NCBI RefSeq assembly: GCF_006345805.1
Contig: NW_021831970.1
Span: forward strand, 1-35,369
Direction: 5' to 3'
Length of the DNA: 35,369 nt
Origin: Octopus sinensis
Lineage: Eukaryota
Part shown: positions 1 to 10,195 of the stretch, piece by piece
Layout of the letters: every line of letters begins with the position of its first letter
How positions within the stretch are numbered: position 1 is the first letter of the stretch
Notes under the pieces: model-generated
Told to the model about the DNA's origin: nothing
The model's database searches: none
The model's input: the letters and a program-made list of their open reading frames with translations, nothing else
Program-made: the position numbers and the translations under genes

Positions 1-106
1 CGGTTTTGACTGAAGACTGAGGGGTTCGAATGTCCTGTCCATGTTTATTGTATCGTCTTCTAAGAGTTATACGTTCTTGTCCATGTTGTATTTTTCTACA
101 TACCTT
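1..106 (+). mobile_element. Possible Penelope-like terminal fragment with degenerate hammerhead-like motif
   Basis: ga-CTGAAGA-...-ttcGAAtgtc-ctgtc followed by a T-rich stretch ending in (TA)n; same layout as the better-preserved ribozyme-bearing elements in this window. Confidence 0.25.
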
Positions 107-253
107 AATATATATATATATATAATATATATATATGATAATCATATCAAAAGGGAAATGGAATTTAATTAATTTTTAAAATATTCAATCAAAATTTACA
201 TTTCCAGTGGTCTAACGTGCAAAAAACATTAGTCAAGAAAACTATATATTAGT

Positions 254-334
254 TATACGATATAGTGCATATTTATACACATAAGGAAGTCACTTAGCGT
301 AAGATTCCTTATGCGTATAAATATGCACTATATC

Positions 335-339
<5 letters not shown>
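254..339. repeat. Inverted repeat, 35-bp arms, 16-nt spacer
   Basis: 254-288 (tatacgatatagtgcatatttatacacataaggaa) is the reverse complement of 305-339 with 1 mismatch. Confidence 0.9.
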
Positions 340-375
<36 letters not shown>

Positions 376-421
376 TATATATCGATAAATAGGTAAGTAA
401 ATATATATACATATATATTTA

Positions 422-693
422 TCTCTCTCTCTAACCGCTCAGTCGAAGTCGACTCTCGGTCACTCGTTGGATCAGTGTCCTCCAGCCAGTTATATCCTCG
501 GCCGCTTCTTTCAGACTGGCTATGTCCATTCCGGTATCACTCTTGATGGTGTCAAGCCAACGGGTTCTTAGTCGGCCTCTCCCTCTCTTGCCACTGACCA
601 TTCCGAGCATGATGTCCTTCTCCAGGGATTTTCTCCGCATAATATGACCGAAATATGCCAATCTACGCTTCATGATCCCAGCTTCTAGCGACA
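422..693 (-). mobile_element. 5'-truncated RTE-clade (BovB-like) LINE, ORF2 C-terminus
   Basis: ORF 431-694: RLAYFGHIMRRKSLEKDIMLGMVSGKRGRGRLRTRWLDTIK is the typical RTE C-terminal motif; (AG)n tail right after the stop; embedded in (TA)n. Confidence 0.85.
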
Positions 694-872
694 TTTATAT
701 ATATATGGATATATACACCCACACACACATAAGCATACATACACACAAATGCCCGCATATTCATATATATTACATCATCGTTATCATTTAACATTCAATC
801 GGTTGTCAAGCGATGTTGTGGGGACAAACACAGACACACAAACACATACACACAAATACATATATATATATA

Positions 873-1021
873 CAACTTAAAAACAAGAGCAAAAGAAAAT
901 TATTTCTGTGCCAATATGCTGATAACAGACTTTTAAATCGTCAATTTCCACATTTTATTATCTACCCGTTATCAGCATATTGGCATAGAAATAATTTTCT
1001 TTTGCCCTTGTTTTTAAGTTG
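873..1021. repeat. Inverted repeat, 54-bp arms, 41-nt spacer (MITE-like or foldback)
   Basis: 873-926 is the reverse complement of 968-1021 with 2 mismatches. Confidence 0.9.
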
Positions 1022-1044
1022 CTTATAATTTTAACCTTTAAAGG

Positions 1045-2895
1045 TATTTGTCTTGCAAACAACCCGCACATGCAAGTGCTACCAGTTAAAAGCTCCGTAT
1101 ACCGGAAGCTAGCAAGTGTATGGGGTCATCAGGAGAAAATGCGCGCCGTTTCAGGGCCTACCTCTCGACGGCATCAATGCGCACCGGCCCCCCTCACTGA
1201 TATGAGGCCCCGCTTGCTAGATCAGCTGGTTATGAAGTTAATCTCAATGTACTTCTAGCTATCGCTCATCGTCTCTTTTTAACCAAATCCAGTGGCTAGC
1301 CTTCTCCATTTCGGGGCCACCACCTCTTGAAGGCATCAATGCCACCGGCCCCCCTCACTGATATGAGGACCCGCTTGCTAGATCAGCTGGTTATGAAGTT
1401 AATCTCAATGTACTTCTAGCTATCGCTCATCGTCCCTTTTTAACCAAATCCAGTGGCTAGCCTTCTCCATTTCGGGGCCTACCTCTTGAAGGCATCAATG
1501 CGCACCGGCCCCCCTCACTGATATGAGGCCCCGCTTGCTAGATCAGCTGGTTATGAAGTTAATCTCAATGTACTTCTAGCTATCGCTCATCATCTCTTTT
1601 TAACCAAATCCAGTGGCTAGCCTTCTCCATTTCGGGGCCTACCTCTTGAAGGCATCAATGCCCACAGGCCCCCCTCACTGATATGAGGCCCCGCTTGCTA
1701 GATCAGCTGGTTATGAAGTTAATCTCAATGTACTTCTAGCTATCGCTCATCGTCTCTTTTTAACCAAATCCAGTGGCTAGCCTTCCTCCTTTCGGGGCCT
1801 ACCTCTTGAAGGCATCAATGCCCACAGGCCCCCCTCCAATGATATGAGCCCCGCTTGCTAGATCAGATGGTTATGAAGTTAATCTCAATGTACTTCTAGC
1901 TACGCTCATCGTCTCTTTTTAACCAAATCCGTGCTAGCCTTCTCCATTTCGGGGCCTAACTCTTGAAGGCATCAATGCGCACCGGCCCCCCTCACTGATA
2001 TGAGGCCCCGCTTGCTAGATCAGCTGTTATGAAGTAATCTCAATGTACTTCTAGCTATCGCTCATCATTCTTTTTAACCAAATCCAGTGGCTAGCCTTCT
2101 CCATTTCGGGGCCTACCTCTTGAAGGCATCAATGCCCACAGGCCCCCCTCACTGATATGAGGCCCCGCTTGCTAGATCAGCTGGTTATGAAGTTAATCTC
2201 AATGTACTTCTAGCCATCGCTCATCGTCTCTTTTTAACCAAATCCAGTGACTAGCCTTCTCCATTTCGGGGCCTACCTCTTGAAGGCATCAACGCCCACA
2301 GGCCCCCCTCACTGATATGAGGCCCCGCTTGCTAGATCAGCTGGTTATGAAGTTAATCTCAATGTACTTCTAGCTATCGCTCATCGTCTCTTTTTAACCA
2401 AATCCAGTGGCTAGCCTTCTCCATTTCGGGGCCTACCTCTTGAAGGCATCAATGCCCACAGGACCCCTCACTGATATTAGGCCCCGCTTGCTAGATCAGC
2501 TGGTTATGAAGAACTCAATATACTTCTAGCCATCGCTCATCGTCTCTTTTTAACCAAATCCAGTGGCTAGCCTTCTCCATTTCGGGGCCTACCTCTCGAT
2601 GGCATCAATGCGCACCAGCCCCCCTCACTGATATGAGGCCCCGCTTGCTAGATCAGCTGTTTATGAAGAACTCAATATACTTCTAGCCATCGCTCATTGT
2701 CTGTTTTTAACCAAATCCAGTGGCTAGCCTTCTCCACTGTAGATTGGATATCAGTCATGGTGGTATTGACTTTACGATGAGTTAGGCCTAACGATAACAA
2801 CAGTCGTCTCACGCTGTGTCCAACAAATCCTCTACATCCGACTTCGATAGGAAAATGTTCCGCTTTCCAGCCTGCGTCTTCACATTCACATTCAC
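1045..2895 (-). mobile_element. 5'-truncated non-LTR retrotransposon with restriction-like endonuclease, HERO/NeSL-like (ORF end plus 3' UTR)
   Basis: ORF 2672-2947 ends GWKAEHFPIEVGCRGFVGHS...VEKASHWIWLK...W*, matching the PIEVGCRGF...EKASxWxWLK C-terminus I recall for HERO-type elements. Confidence 0.75.
1146..2736 (-). repeat. Tandem array, 10 copies of a ~160-bp unit derived from the retrotransposon 3' end
   Basis: ggcatcaa marker at 1170, 1332, 1491, 1651, 1811, 1968, 2125, 2285, 2445, 2601; unit = last ~20 codons plus the first part of the 3' UTR. Confidence 0.95.
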
Positions 2896-2902
2896 AGGAA
2901 AG

Positions 2903-3060
2903 TTTATGAAAATAAACAAAAGACGAAGGCAGGTGGAGTACAAACAAACAAGTGTATTAGTATGGCGCTCAGGAATAGAAATAGAACAAATCTTTTGTTT
3001 TGAGCCTATGCTCTTCGACAGAAAGATACACAGAAAAAAACAAGGAGAGAAAAAAAATAT
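2903..3060 (-). mobile_element. Penelope-like terminal fragment with decayed minimal hammerhead (2991-3026)
   Basis: Minus strand tcttt-CTGTCGA-a-gagc-atag-gctc-AAAAc-a-aaaga; similar in layout to 12885-13077 and 25437-25625. Confidence 0.45.
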
Positions 3061-3206
3061 ATATATTATGGAGATGTACTTGCATAGCGAGTGACTTGAT
3101 CTGAGATCGTGTGCAGGAACGAAAACAATTGCAGCGTGGAAGGTGTTTATAAGCCATTTAAGAAACACACAAAGGCCGTTCGATTCACTTCAACATTTAA
3201 GTTTAA

Positions 3207-3257
3207 TTTGTCAAAATATTTTCGTCGCTTTGAGACCGCAACCTGTTCACTGACAAA
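3207..3257 (-). ncRNA. Minimal type I hammerhead ribozyme fold, G3-C8 core variant
   Basis: tttgtca-GTGAACA-g-gttgc-ggtctcaaa-gcgac-GAAA-atat-T-T-tgacaaa: 7-bp stem I, 5-bp stem II, palindromic stem III (aatatt). Confidence 0.6.
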
Positions 3258-3304
3258 GCTTCGTGCTGCATATATATATATACATATATATATACACATA
3301 TATA

Positions 3305-3490
3305 TACGACGGGCTTCTTTCAGTTTCCGTCTACCAAATCCACTCACAAGCCTTTGGTCGGCCGGAGGCTATAGTAGAAGACACTTGTCCAAGGTGCCAT
3401 GCAGTGGGAATGAACCCGGAACCATGTGGTTCATAAGCAAGCTACTTACCACACAGCAACTCCTACACCTCCTATATATATATATATATG

Positions 3491-3521
<31 letters not shown>

Positions 3522-3710
3522 CATACATACATACATACATATATACAAAGGGCTTCTTTCAGTTTCCGTCTACCAAATCCACTCACAAGGCTTTGGTCGG
3601 TCGGAGGTCATAGTAGAAGACATTTGTCGAAGGTGCCACGTAGTGGGACTGAACCCGGAACCGTGTGGTTGGTAAGCAAGCTACTTACCACACAGCCACT
3701 CCGACGCCAG
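3305..3710 (-). mobile_element. Two tandem 5' halves of tRNA-derived SINE family A
   Basis: Two copies (about 3305-3469 and 3545-3705) of the head with A box tggctgtgtggtaag and B box gggttcagtccc, separated by (TA)n. Confidence 0.85.
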
Positions 3711-3799
3711 AACTAAAGAAAAAAAAGTTCTGCTAGGAACAACCCAGCAATAGAATAATTCGATATACCATTATGATTTGACTGCAGGATTAACTTGCT

Positions 3800-3846
3800 A
3801 CCACCACCACCACCACCACCACCACCACCACCACCACCACCACCAC
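3800..3846. repeat. (CCA)n microsatellite
   Basis: Perfect trinucleotide run. Confidence 0.95.
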
Positions 3847-4002
3847 AGCTACTAGCAACAGTACAAAATGATTGTAATGTCACGAAGAAACGAGGTGGAA
3901 AGCTAGAAAAAACTTTGCATCAACCTAACTGTTGAACTAAAAAACATTGCAGGAGTCAAGGAATGTGTTTATCTCTAGGTTTCGTAATTGAAACAATTGG
4001 TT

Positions 4003-4043
4003 TCACGCATACCGGCTTCTGCAAAGACACAGGTAAAGTCTAC
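4003..4043 (-). CDS. Putative terminal coding exon of an unidentified host gene: (G)RLYLCLCRSRYA*
   Basis: Acceptor tatctattcttacag at 4044; phase-1 start matches the phase-1 end of exon 14631-14573; TGA at 4005-4003; lies in non-repeat sequence. Confidence 0.65.
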
Positions 4044-4071
4044 CTGTAAGAATAGATATAGGCATGTTCTA

Positions 4072-4312
4072 GAATAATAAGAATAATAACAACAATAATA
4101 ACAATGATGATAATGATGATGATGATGATAATGATGACGATGATGGTGATGATAATAATAACAATAACAACAATAATAATAATAATAATGACAATGATGA
4201 TGATAATAATAGTAATAATAACAATGATGATGATGATGATGAGATGATGATAATGATGGTGATGATGATAATGATGATGATGATAATGATGATGATGATA
4301 ATGATGATAATA

Positions 4313-4345
<33 letters not shown>

Positions 4346-4800
4346 ATGATGATGATGATGATGATGACGATGATGATAATGATAATGATGAAGATGATGA
4401 TGATGATAATGATGATGATGATGATAATAACAATAATGGTGATGATGATGATGATGACAATGAGGGTGATGATGATGATGATAATGATAATAATAATAAT
4501 AATGGTGATGGGATCTGTAAATGTCGTTACGGCATTCTTTCTGATGCTTTCTCTTCGGTAACCTTGAACGTTTGTTTTTGGGAATGTTTTTTTCCAAGAG
4601 ATTTTTTTTTTGTTTTCTTTTTTTAATTTTTTTTTTTTTTTTTTTTTTTTTTTGTTTCAAAGTAACCGAAACGCTTGATGTGTTTTTTTCAAGCCATGAA
4701 ATAAAAAAAAACAAAACAAAAAAAAACGACAACAAACAACAACAACAACAACAAACAATAATAGCAATAATGACGACGGTGATGATAATAATGGATACAG
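4072..4800. repeat. Compound (AAT)n/(GAT)n/(AAC)n microsatellite with poly-T and poly-A tracts
   Basis: Direct inspection; source of the poly-S/H/I/M ORFs. Confidence 0.95.
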
Positions 4801-5406
4801 ATTTTGGCACAAGCCCAAGAATTTAGAGGGGTTGTTATCAACTCCGGTGCTCAACTGGTGCTTATTTGTAAATGATCTGGAAAGGATGAAAGGCAAAGTC
4901 AACGTTTGTGAGATCTGAATTTAGAGAGCAAAGCACCAGGAGCAATAAATGCTGTAGAGGCAATTTGTTTGACGCGCCGATGGTTTCGCCAGATTTTTGC
5001 AATAAAAATTAATAATAATTCCTGATTGAAGCAGTGACTCGATCAATTCCTAATGATATCTGAAGAGGGAATTTTTATATTCCGAAATATTATTATTATT
5101 ATTATATCAGACTCTTTTACTCTATTACTTGTTTCAGTCATTTGACTGTGGCCATGCTGGGGCACTGCCTTTAGTTGAGCAAATCAATCCCAGGACTTAT
5201 TCTTTGTAAGCCCAGTACTTATTCTATCGGTCTCTTCTGCCGATATATACACATACATACATACATATATATATACACATATGTATACACACACACATAT
5301 ATATACAAGCTTCTTTCAGTTTCCATCTAATAAATCCACTCATTCGACATTTTCCTAACTTCATTATTTACATTTGATGGATATTTGCCCTCACCTGTTT
5401 GTTACT

Positions 5407-5449
5407 AACACGTTTCGGCTGATATACCCTCCAGCCTTCATCAGGTGTC
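5407..5449 (-). ncRNA. Minimal hammerhead core, cleavage triplet apparently deleted
   Basis: gacac-CTGATGA-a-ggctg-gagggtatat-cagcc-GAAA-c-gtgtt. Confidence 0.6.
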
Positions 5450-5543
5450 TTGGGGAAATTTTGAACCTGGGTTCTCATTCCTAAGTTATTCTTCGATGTT
5501 ATTATTATTACTATTATTATTTTTATTTATTCTTTTTTTTTTA

Positions 5544-5939
5544 TTTTACTTGTTTCAGTCATTTAACTGCGGCCATGCTGGAGCACCGCCTTTAGTCGAG
5601 CAAATCGACCCCGGGACTTATTCTTTGTAAGCCTAGTACTTATTCTATCGGTCTCTTTTGCCAAGCCGCTAAGTGACAGGGACGTAAACACACCAGCATC
5701 GGTTGTCAAGCAATGCTAGGGGGACAAACACAGACACACACAAACATATACACACACATACATATTATATATATATATATATACATATATACGACAGACT
5801 TCTTTCAGTTTCCGTCTACCAAATCCACTCACAAGGCATTGGTCGCCCAGGGCACTTGCCCAAGATGCCACGCAGTGGGACTGAAACCCGGACCATGTGT
5901 TGCTTAGCAAGCTACTTACCACACAGCCACTCCTGCGCC
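5544..5939 (-). mobile_element. tRNA-derived SINE family A, full length
   Basis: A/B-box head, internal (TA)n(TG)n tract, 3' end ...gactgaaacaagtaaaa; roughly 20 related full or partial copies in the window. Confidence 0.9.
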
Positions 5940-6273
5940 TATTATTCTTGTTCAGGATAAATATCCGTTGAATGTAAATAATGTACACAATTCCTCATCT
6001 CTTAAATATAGAACTGTATTTTCCTAACTGTTCTCCTTCATTTCTTCCAGTTACATCCTCCCAGATTCCACCCTTTCACCACCAACTCCCAGCTTTTCCT
6101 AGTGTAATTCTCTAATTTCAGTATCTGGAACTAATTTAACATTTTCAAATTAAATCATTTCGCCTCTTCGTTATCATTCTTTTGGCATCGTTTTCTTATC
6201 TATTACTAATTCATGAAATCCCAACTGAATTCATCTACAAATTTTAATAGACACCCCCACCTAAGTATTAGTT

Positions 6274-6655
6274 GGAGGTGCAATGGCCCAGTGGTTAGGG
6301 CAGCGGACTCGCGGTCATAGGATTGCGGTTTCGATTCCCAGACCGGGCGTTGTGAGTGTTTATTGAGCGAAAACACCTAAAGTTCCACGAGGCTCCGGCA
6401 GGGGATGGTGGTGATCCCTGCTGTACTCTTTCACCACAACTTTCTCTCACTCTTACTTCCTGTTTCTGTTGTACCTGTATTTCAAAGGGCCGGTCTTGTC
6501 ACTCTCTGTGTCACGCTGAATATCCCCGAGAACTACGTTAAGGGTACACGTGTCAGTGGAGTGCTCAGCCACTTACATGTTAATTTCACGAGCAGGCTGT
6601 TCCATTGATTCGGATCAACCGGAACCCTCGTCGCCGTAACCGACGGAGTGCTTCC
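6274..6655 (+). mobile_element. tRNA-derived SINE family C (tRNA-Arg-like head)
   Basis: ggaggtgcaatggcccagtggttagggcagcggactcgcgg...ggtttcgattcc head plus ~300-bp body; copies at 7603-7990 and 19440-20043. Confidence 0.85.
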
Positions 6656-6853
6656 CAAACCATTAGGTCTCTGGAGATAGTCATACAACCATTTGGATAG
6701 AGAGAAGGTGGTTTATAATTCGTGTGTGGTTGTGTGGTTAAGGTGTTATCTTTCCAGCCATGTGACTCTGGGTTCAATACCGCTGTGTGGAATCTTAGGT
6801 TTCTTTTTCTTTAGCCCCAGGGTGGTCACTTCACCGTGAATGCATTTGTTAGT

Positions 6854-7076
6854 CTCTCTTTACTCTTTACTCATTAACTTGTTTCAGTCATTTGACTGCG
6901 GCCAGGCTGGAGCACCGCTTTTAGTCGAGCAAATCGCCCGGGAACTTATTCTTTGTAAGCCCGAGTACTTATTCTATCGGTCTCTTTGCCGAAACGCTAA
7001 GTGACGGGGACGTAAACACACCAGCATCGGTTGTCAAGCATGCTAGGGGGACAAACACAGACACACACAAACATAT

Positions 7077-7109
<33 letters not shown>

Positions 7110-7267
7110 CATATATACGACAGACTTCTTTCAGTTTCCGTCTACCAAATCCACTCACAAGGCATTGGTCGGCCCAGGGCACTTGCCCAAGATGCCACGC
7201 AGTGGGACTGAACCCGGAACCATGTGGTTGCTTAGCAAGCTACTTACCACACAGCCACTCCTGCGCC
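6854..7267 (-). mobile_element. SINE family A, chimeric junction copy
   Basis: Left part shares variants with copy 8187-8599; right part shares variants with copy 5544-5939. Confidence 0.9.
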
Positions 7268-7602
7268 TTATTATTCTTGTTCAGGATAAATATCCGTTGA
7301 ATGTAAATAATGTACACAATTCCTCATCTCTTAAATATAGAACTGTATTTTCCTAACTGTTCTCCTTCATTTCTTCCAGTTACATCCTCCCAGATTCCAC
7401 CCTTTCACCACCAACTCCCAGCTTTTCCTAGTGTAATTCTCTAATTTCAGTATCTGGAACTAATTTAACATTTTCAAATTAAATCATTTCGCCTCTTCGT
7501 TATCATTCTTTTGGCATCGTTTTCTTATCTATTACTAATTCATGAAATCCCAACTGAATTCATCTACAAATTTTAATAGACACCCCCACCTAAGTATTAG
7601 TT

Positions 7603-7990
7603 GGAGGTGCAATGGCCCAGTGGTTAGGGCAGCGGACTCGCGGTCATAGGATTGCGGTTTCGATTCCCAGACCGGGCGTTGTGAGTGTTTATTGAGCGAA
7701 AACACCTAAAGTTCCACGAGGCCTCCGGCAGGGTATGGTGGTATTCCCTGCTGTACTCTTTCACCACCACACTTTCTCTCACTCTTAACTTCCTGTTTCT
7801 GTTGTACCTGTATTTTCAAAGGGCCGGTCTTGTCACTCTCTGTGTCACGCTGAATATCCCCGAGAACTACGTTAAGGGTACACGTGTCAGTGGAGTGCTC
7901 AGCCAACTTACATGTTAATTTCACGAGCAGGCTGTTCCATTGATTCGGATCAACCAGAACCCTCGTCGCCGTAACCGACGGAGTGCTTCC
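7603..7990 (+). mobile_element. SINE family C (duplicate)
   Basis: Near-identical to 6274-6655. Confidence 0.85.
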
Positions 7991-8186
7991 CAAACCATTA
8001 GGTCTCTGGAGATAGTCATACAACCATTTGGATAGAGAGAAGGTGGTTTATAATTCGTGTGTGGTTGTGTGGTAAGGTGTTATCTTTCCAGCCATGTGAC
8101 TCTGGGTTCAAACCGCTGTGTGGAATCTTAGGTTTCTTTTTCTTTAGCCCCAGGGTGGTCACTTCACCGTGAATGCATTTGTTAGT

Positions 8187-8599
8187 CTCTCTTTACTCTT
8201 TACTCATTAACTTGTTTCAGTCATTTGACTGCGGCCAGGCTGGAGCACCGCTTTTAGTCGAGCAAATCGCCCGGGAACTTATTCTTTGTAAGCCCAGTAC
8301 TTATTCTATCGGTCTCTTTTGCCGAACCGCTAAGTGACGGGGACGTAAACACACCAGCATCGGTTGTCAGGCAATGCTAGGGGGGACAAACACAGACACA
8401 CAAACATATACACACACACACTTATATATATATATACGACGGGCTTCTTTCAGTTTCCGTCTACCAAATCCACTCACAAGGCATTGGTCGGCCCGGGGCT
8501 ATAGCAGAAGACACTTGCCTAAGATGCCACGCAGTGGGACTGAACCCGGAACCATGTGGTTGGTTAGCAAGCTACTTACCACACAGCCACTCCTGCGTC
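8187..8599 (-). mobile_element. SINE family A, full length
   Basis: Same structure as the other family A copies. Confidence 0.9.
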
Positions 8600-8855
8600 T
8601 GTTTTATTCTTTAGCTTGTTTCAGTCATTTGACTGCAGCCATGCTGGAGCACCACCATAAAGGATTTTAGTCAAAAAGATCGAACCCAGGACTTATTCTT
8701 TGCAAGTCTAATATTTATTCTATCGGACTCTCTTGCCAAACTGCTAAGTTAAACACACTAACATCTGTTGTCAAGCCATGGCAGTGGGGGACAAACACAG
8801 ACACACAAACATATAAATATACACATACACACACACACACATATATATTTATATA

Positions 8856-9036
8856 TCTATTATATAAAATCTGTTCTGTCTGTCTGTGTGTCTTCTAGGA
8901 TCTCGGGCATCCTCCATCTGATTGCGCTCAAATTTGATATGTAGATACTGACGGTATCAGGGCATGTATAAGTCTTGAAAAAATTACAAAAATCGATTCC
9001 AGGTGAGAAAGCGATCGATAAAGCAGTGAGAACGTG
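8856..9036 (+). mobile_element. Non-autonomous Helitron-like 5' fragment
   Basis: Starts A|TCTATTATATAAAA followed by (CTGT)n, a Helitron-type 5' end; second copy at 12382-12526; no 3' hairpin/CTRR seen. Confidence 0.55.
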
Positions 9037-9640
9037 CTTTTCATCCTTTTGGGGGGTTGATAAATTAAGTACCAGTTGTGTACTGGGGTCGATGTAAACA
9101 GGTAGTGAGCTGGCAGAAACATTAGTATGCTGGGCGAAATGCTTAGCAGTATTTCATCTGGCTATACATTCTGAGTTCAAATTTCGCCAATGTCGACTTT
9201 GCCTTTCATATTTACAGGGGACGATAAATTAAGTACCAGTTGTGCACTGAGGTTGATCTAATCGACTGGCCCCCCTCCCTCAAAATTTTGGGCCTTGTGC
9301 CAAGAGTAGACAAGAAATTCTACTGAGGTTGACTTTGCCTTTCATCCTTTCAGGGGTCGATAAATTAAGTACCAGTTGTGCACTGAGGTTGATCTAATCG
9401 ACTGGCCTCCTCCCCCAGAAGTTTGGGCCTTGTGCCTAGAGTAGAAAAGAAATTCCAATGAGGTCGACTTTGCCTTTCATCCTTTTAGGGGTCGATAAAT
9501 TAAGTCCCTGTTGCGCACTGGTGTTGATCTAATTGACTGGCCCCCTTACCCCAAAATTTCGGGCCTTGTGCCTATAAGAGAAAAGAAATTCTGCTGAAGC
9601 TGACTTTGCCCTTCATCCTTTCAGGGTCAATAAATTAAGT
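9037..9640 (+). mobile_element. SINE family B (Deu/Nin-like core) with its 3' part tandemly repeated (~136 bp x 3.4)
   Basis: Head gagctggcagaaac...gagttcaaat at ~9100; core gcctttcatccttt..ggggtcgataaattaagtacc repeats at ~136-bp spacing. Confidence 0.85.
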
Positions 9641-10009
9641 GAAATAATGTGCAAATGGCTGAGCGCTCCACAGACCCTGATACAACTCATTTTTGCCAGG
9701 CGAGTAGACTGGAGCAACGTGAAGTGAAGTGACTTGCTCAAGGTCACATCATGTTACCAGGAATTGACCTTATGACCTTATTTTTGTTTGGTGGAGGATT
9801 GAGACTCAAACATATTAACATGTACAAGGTATCATCGTTGAGGATTCCGGACGGGTCGTTAAGGATAACAGTAATTAGGAAAAGGTGAGAAGGAAAATAA
9901 GGGAAGTAGAAAATGTAATTAAGAATCAAATAAAAATAACAATCTAAAATTATGTGAATACACAGCAAAGGTGAAATAGGTACAAGAGATTTGATGGGGA
10001 AAAGATAGT

Positions 10010-10043
10010 TATGTCAGTGTTTACACACACATGTAGTGTGTGG

Positions 10044-10120
<77 letters not shown>

Positions 10121-10154
10121 GTGTATGTATGTATGTGTACATACATATATATAT

Positions 10155-10195
<41 letters not shown>

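Larger units (their letters stand above)
5362..6018 (-). mobile_element. Penelope-like non-autonomous element with hammerhead core and 30-bp inverted repeats, interrupted by a SINE
   Basis: Hammerhead core at 5407-5449; 5362-5391 vs 5954-5983 inverted (25/30 match); SINE A inserted in its (ATT)n tract. Confidence 0.5.
5679..8368. repeat. Tandem duplication, two copies of ~1.33 kb
   Basis: 5940-6870 recurs nearly identically at 7268-8205, including the unique-looking spacer and the SINE C copy. Confidence 0.95.

Noticed and set aside
1146-2736. CRISPR array or hammerhead retrozyme array
   Set aside because: Units are near-identical over their whole length with no unique spacers; no canonical hammerhead can be folded in the unit; it derives from a LINE 3' end
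3979-4032. Plus-strand 54-nt symmetric exon (GFVIETIGFTHTGFCKDT) with ag/gt ends
   Set aside because: Overlaps the minus-strand exon that fits a multi-exon chain; no convincing plus-strand partners
3975-4902. Long poly-S/H/I/M ORFs
   Set aside because: Trinucleotide microsatellite read-through in several frames
6274-6350. tRNA gene
   Set aside because: No proper acceptor stem or terminator; continues into a ~300-bp body shared by dispersed copies, so it is a SINE head
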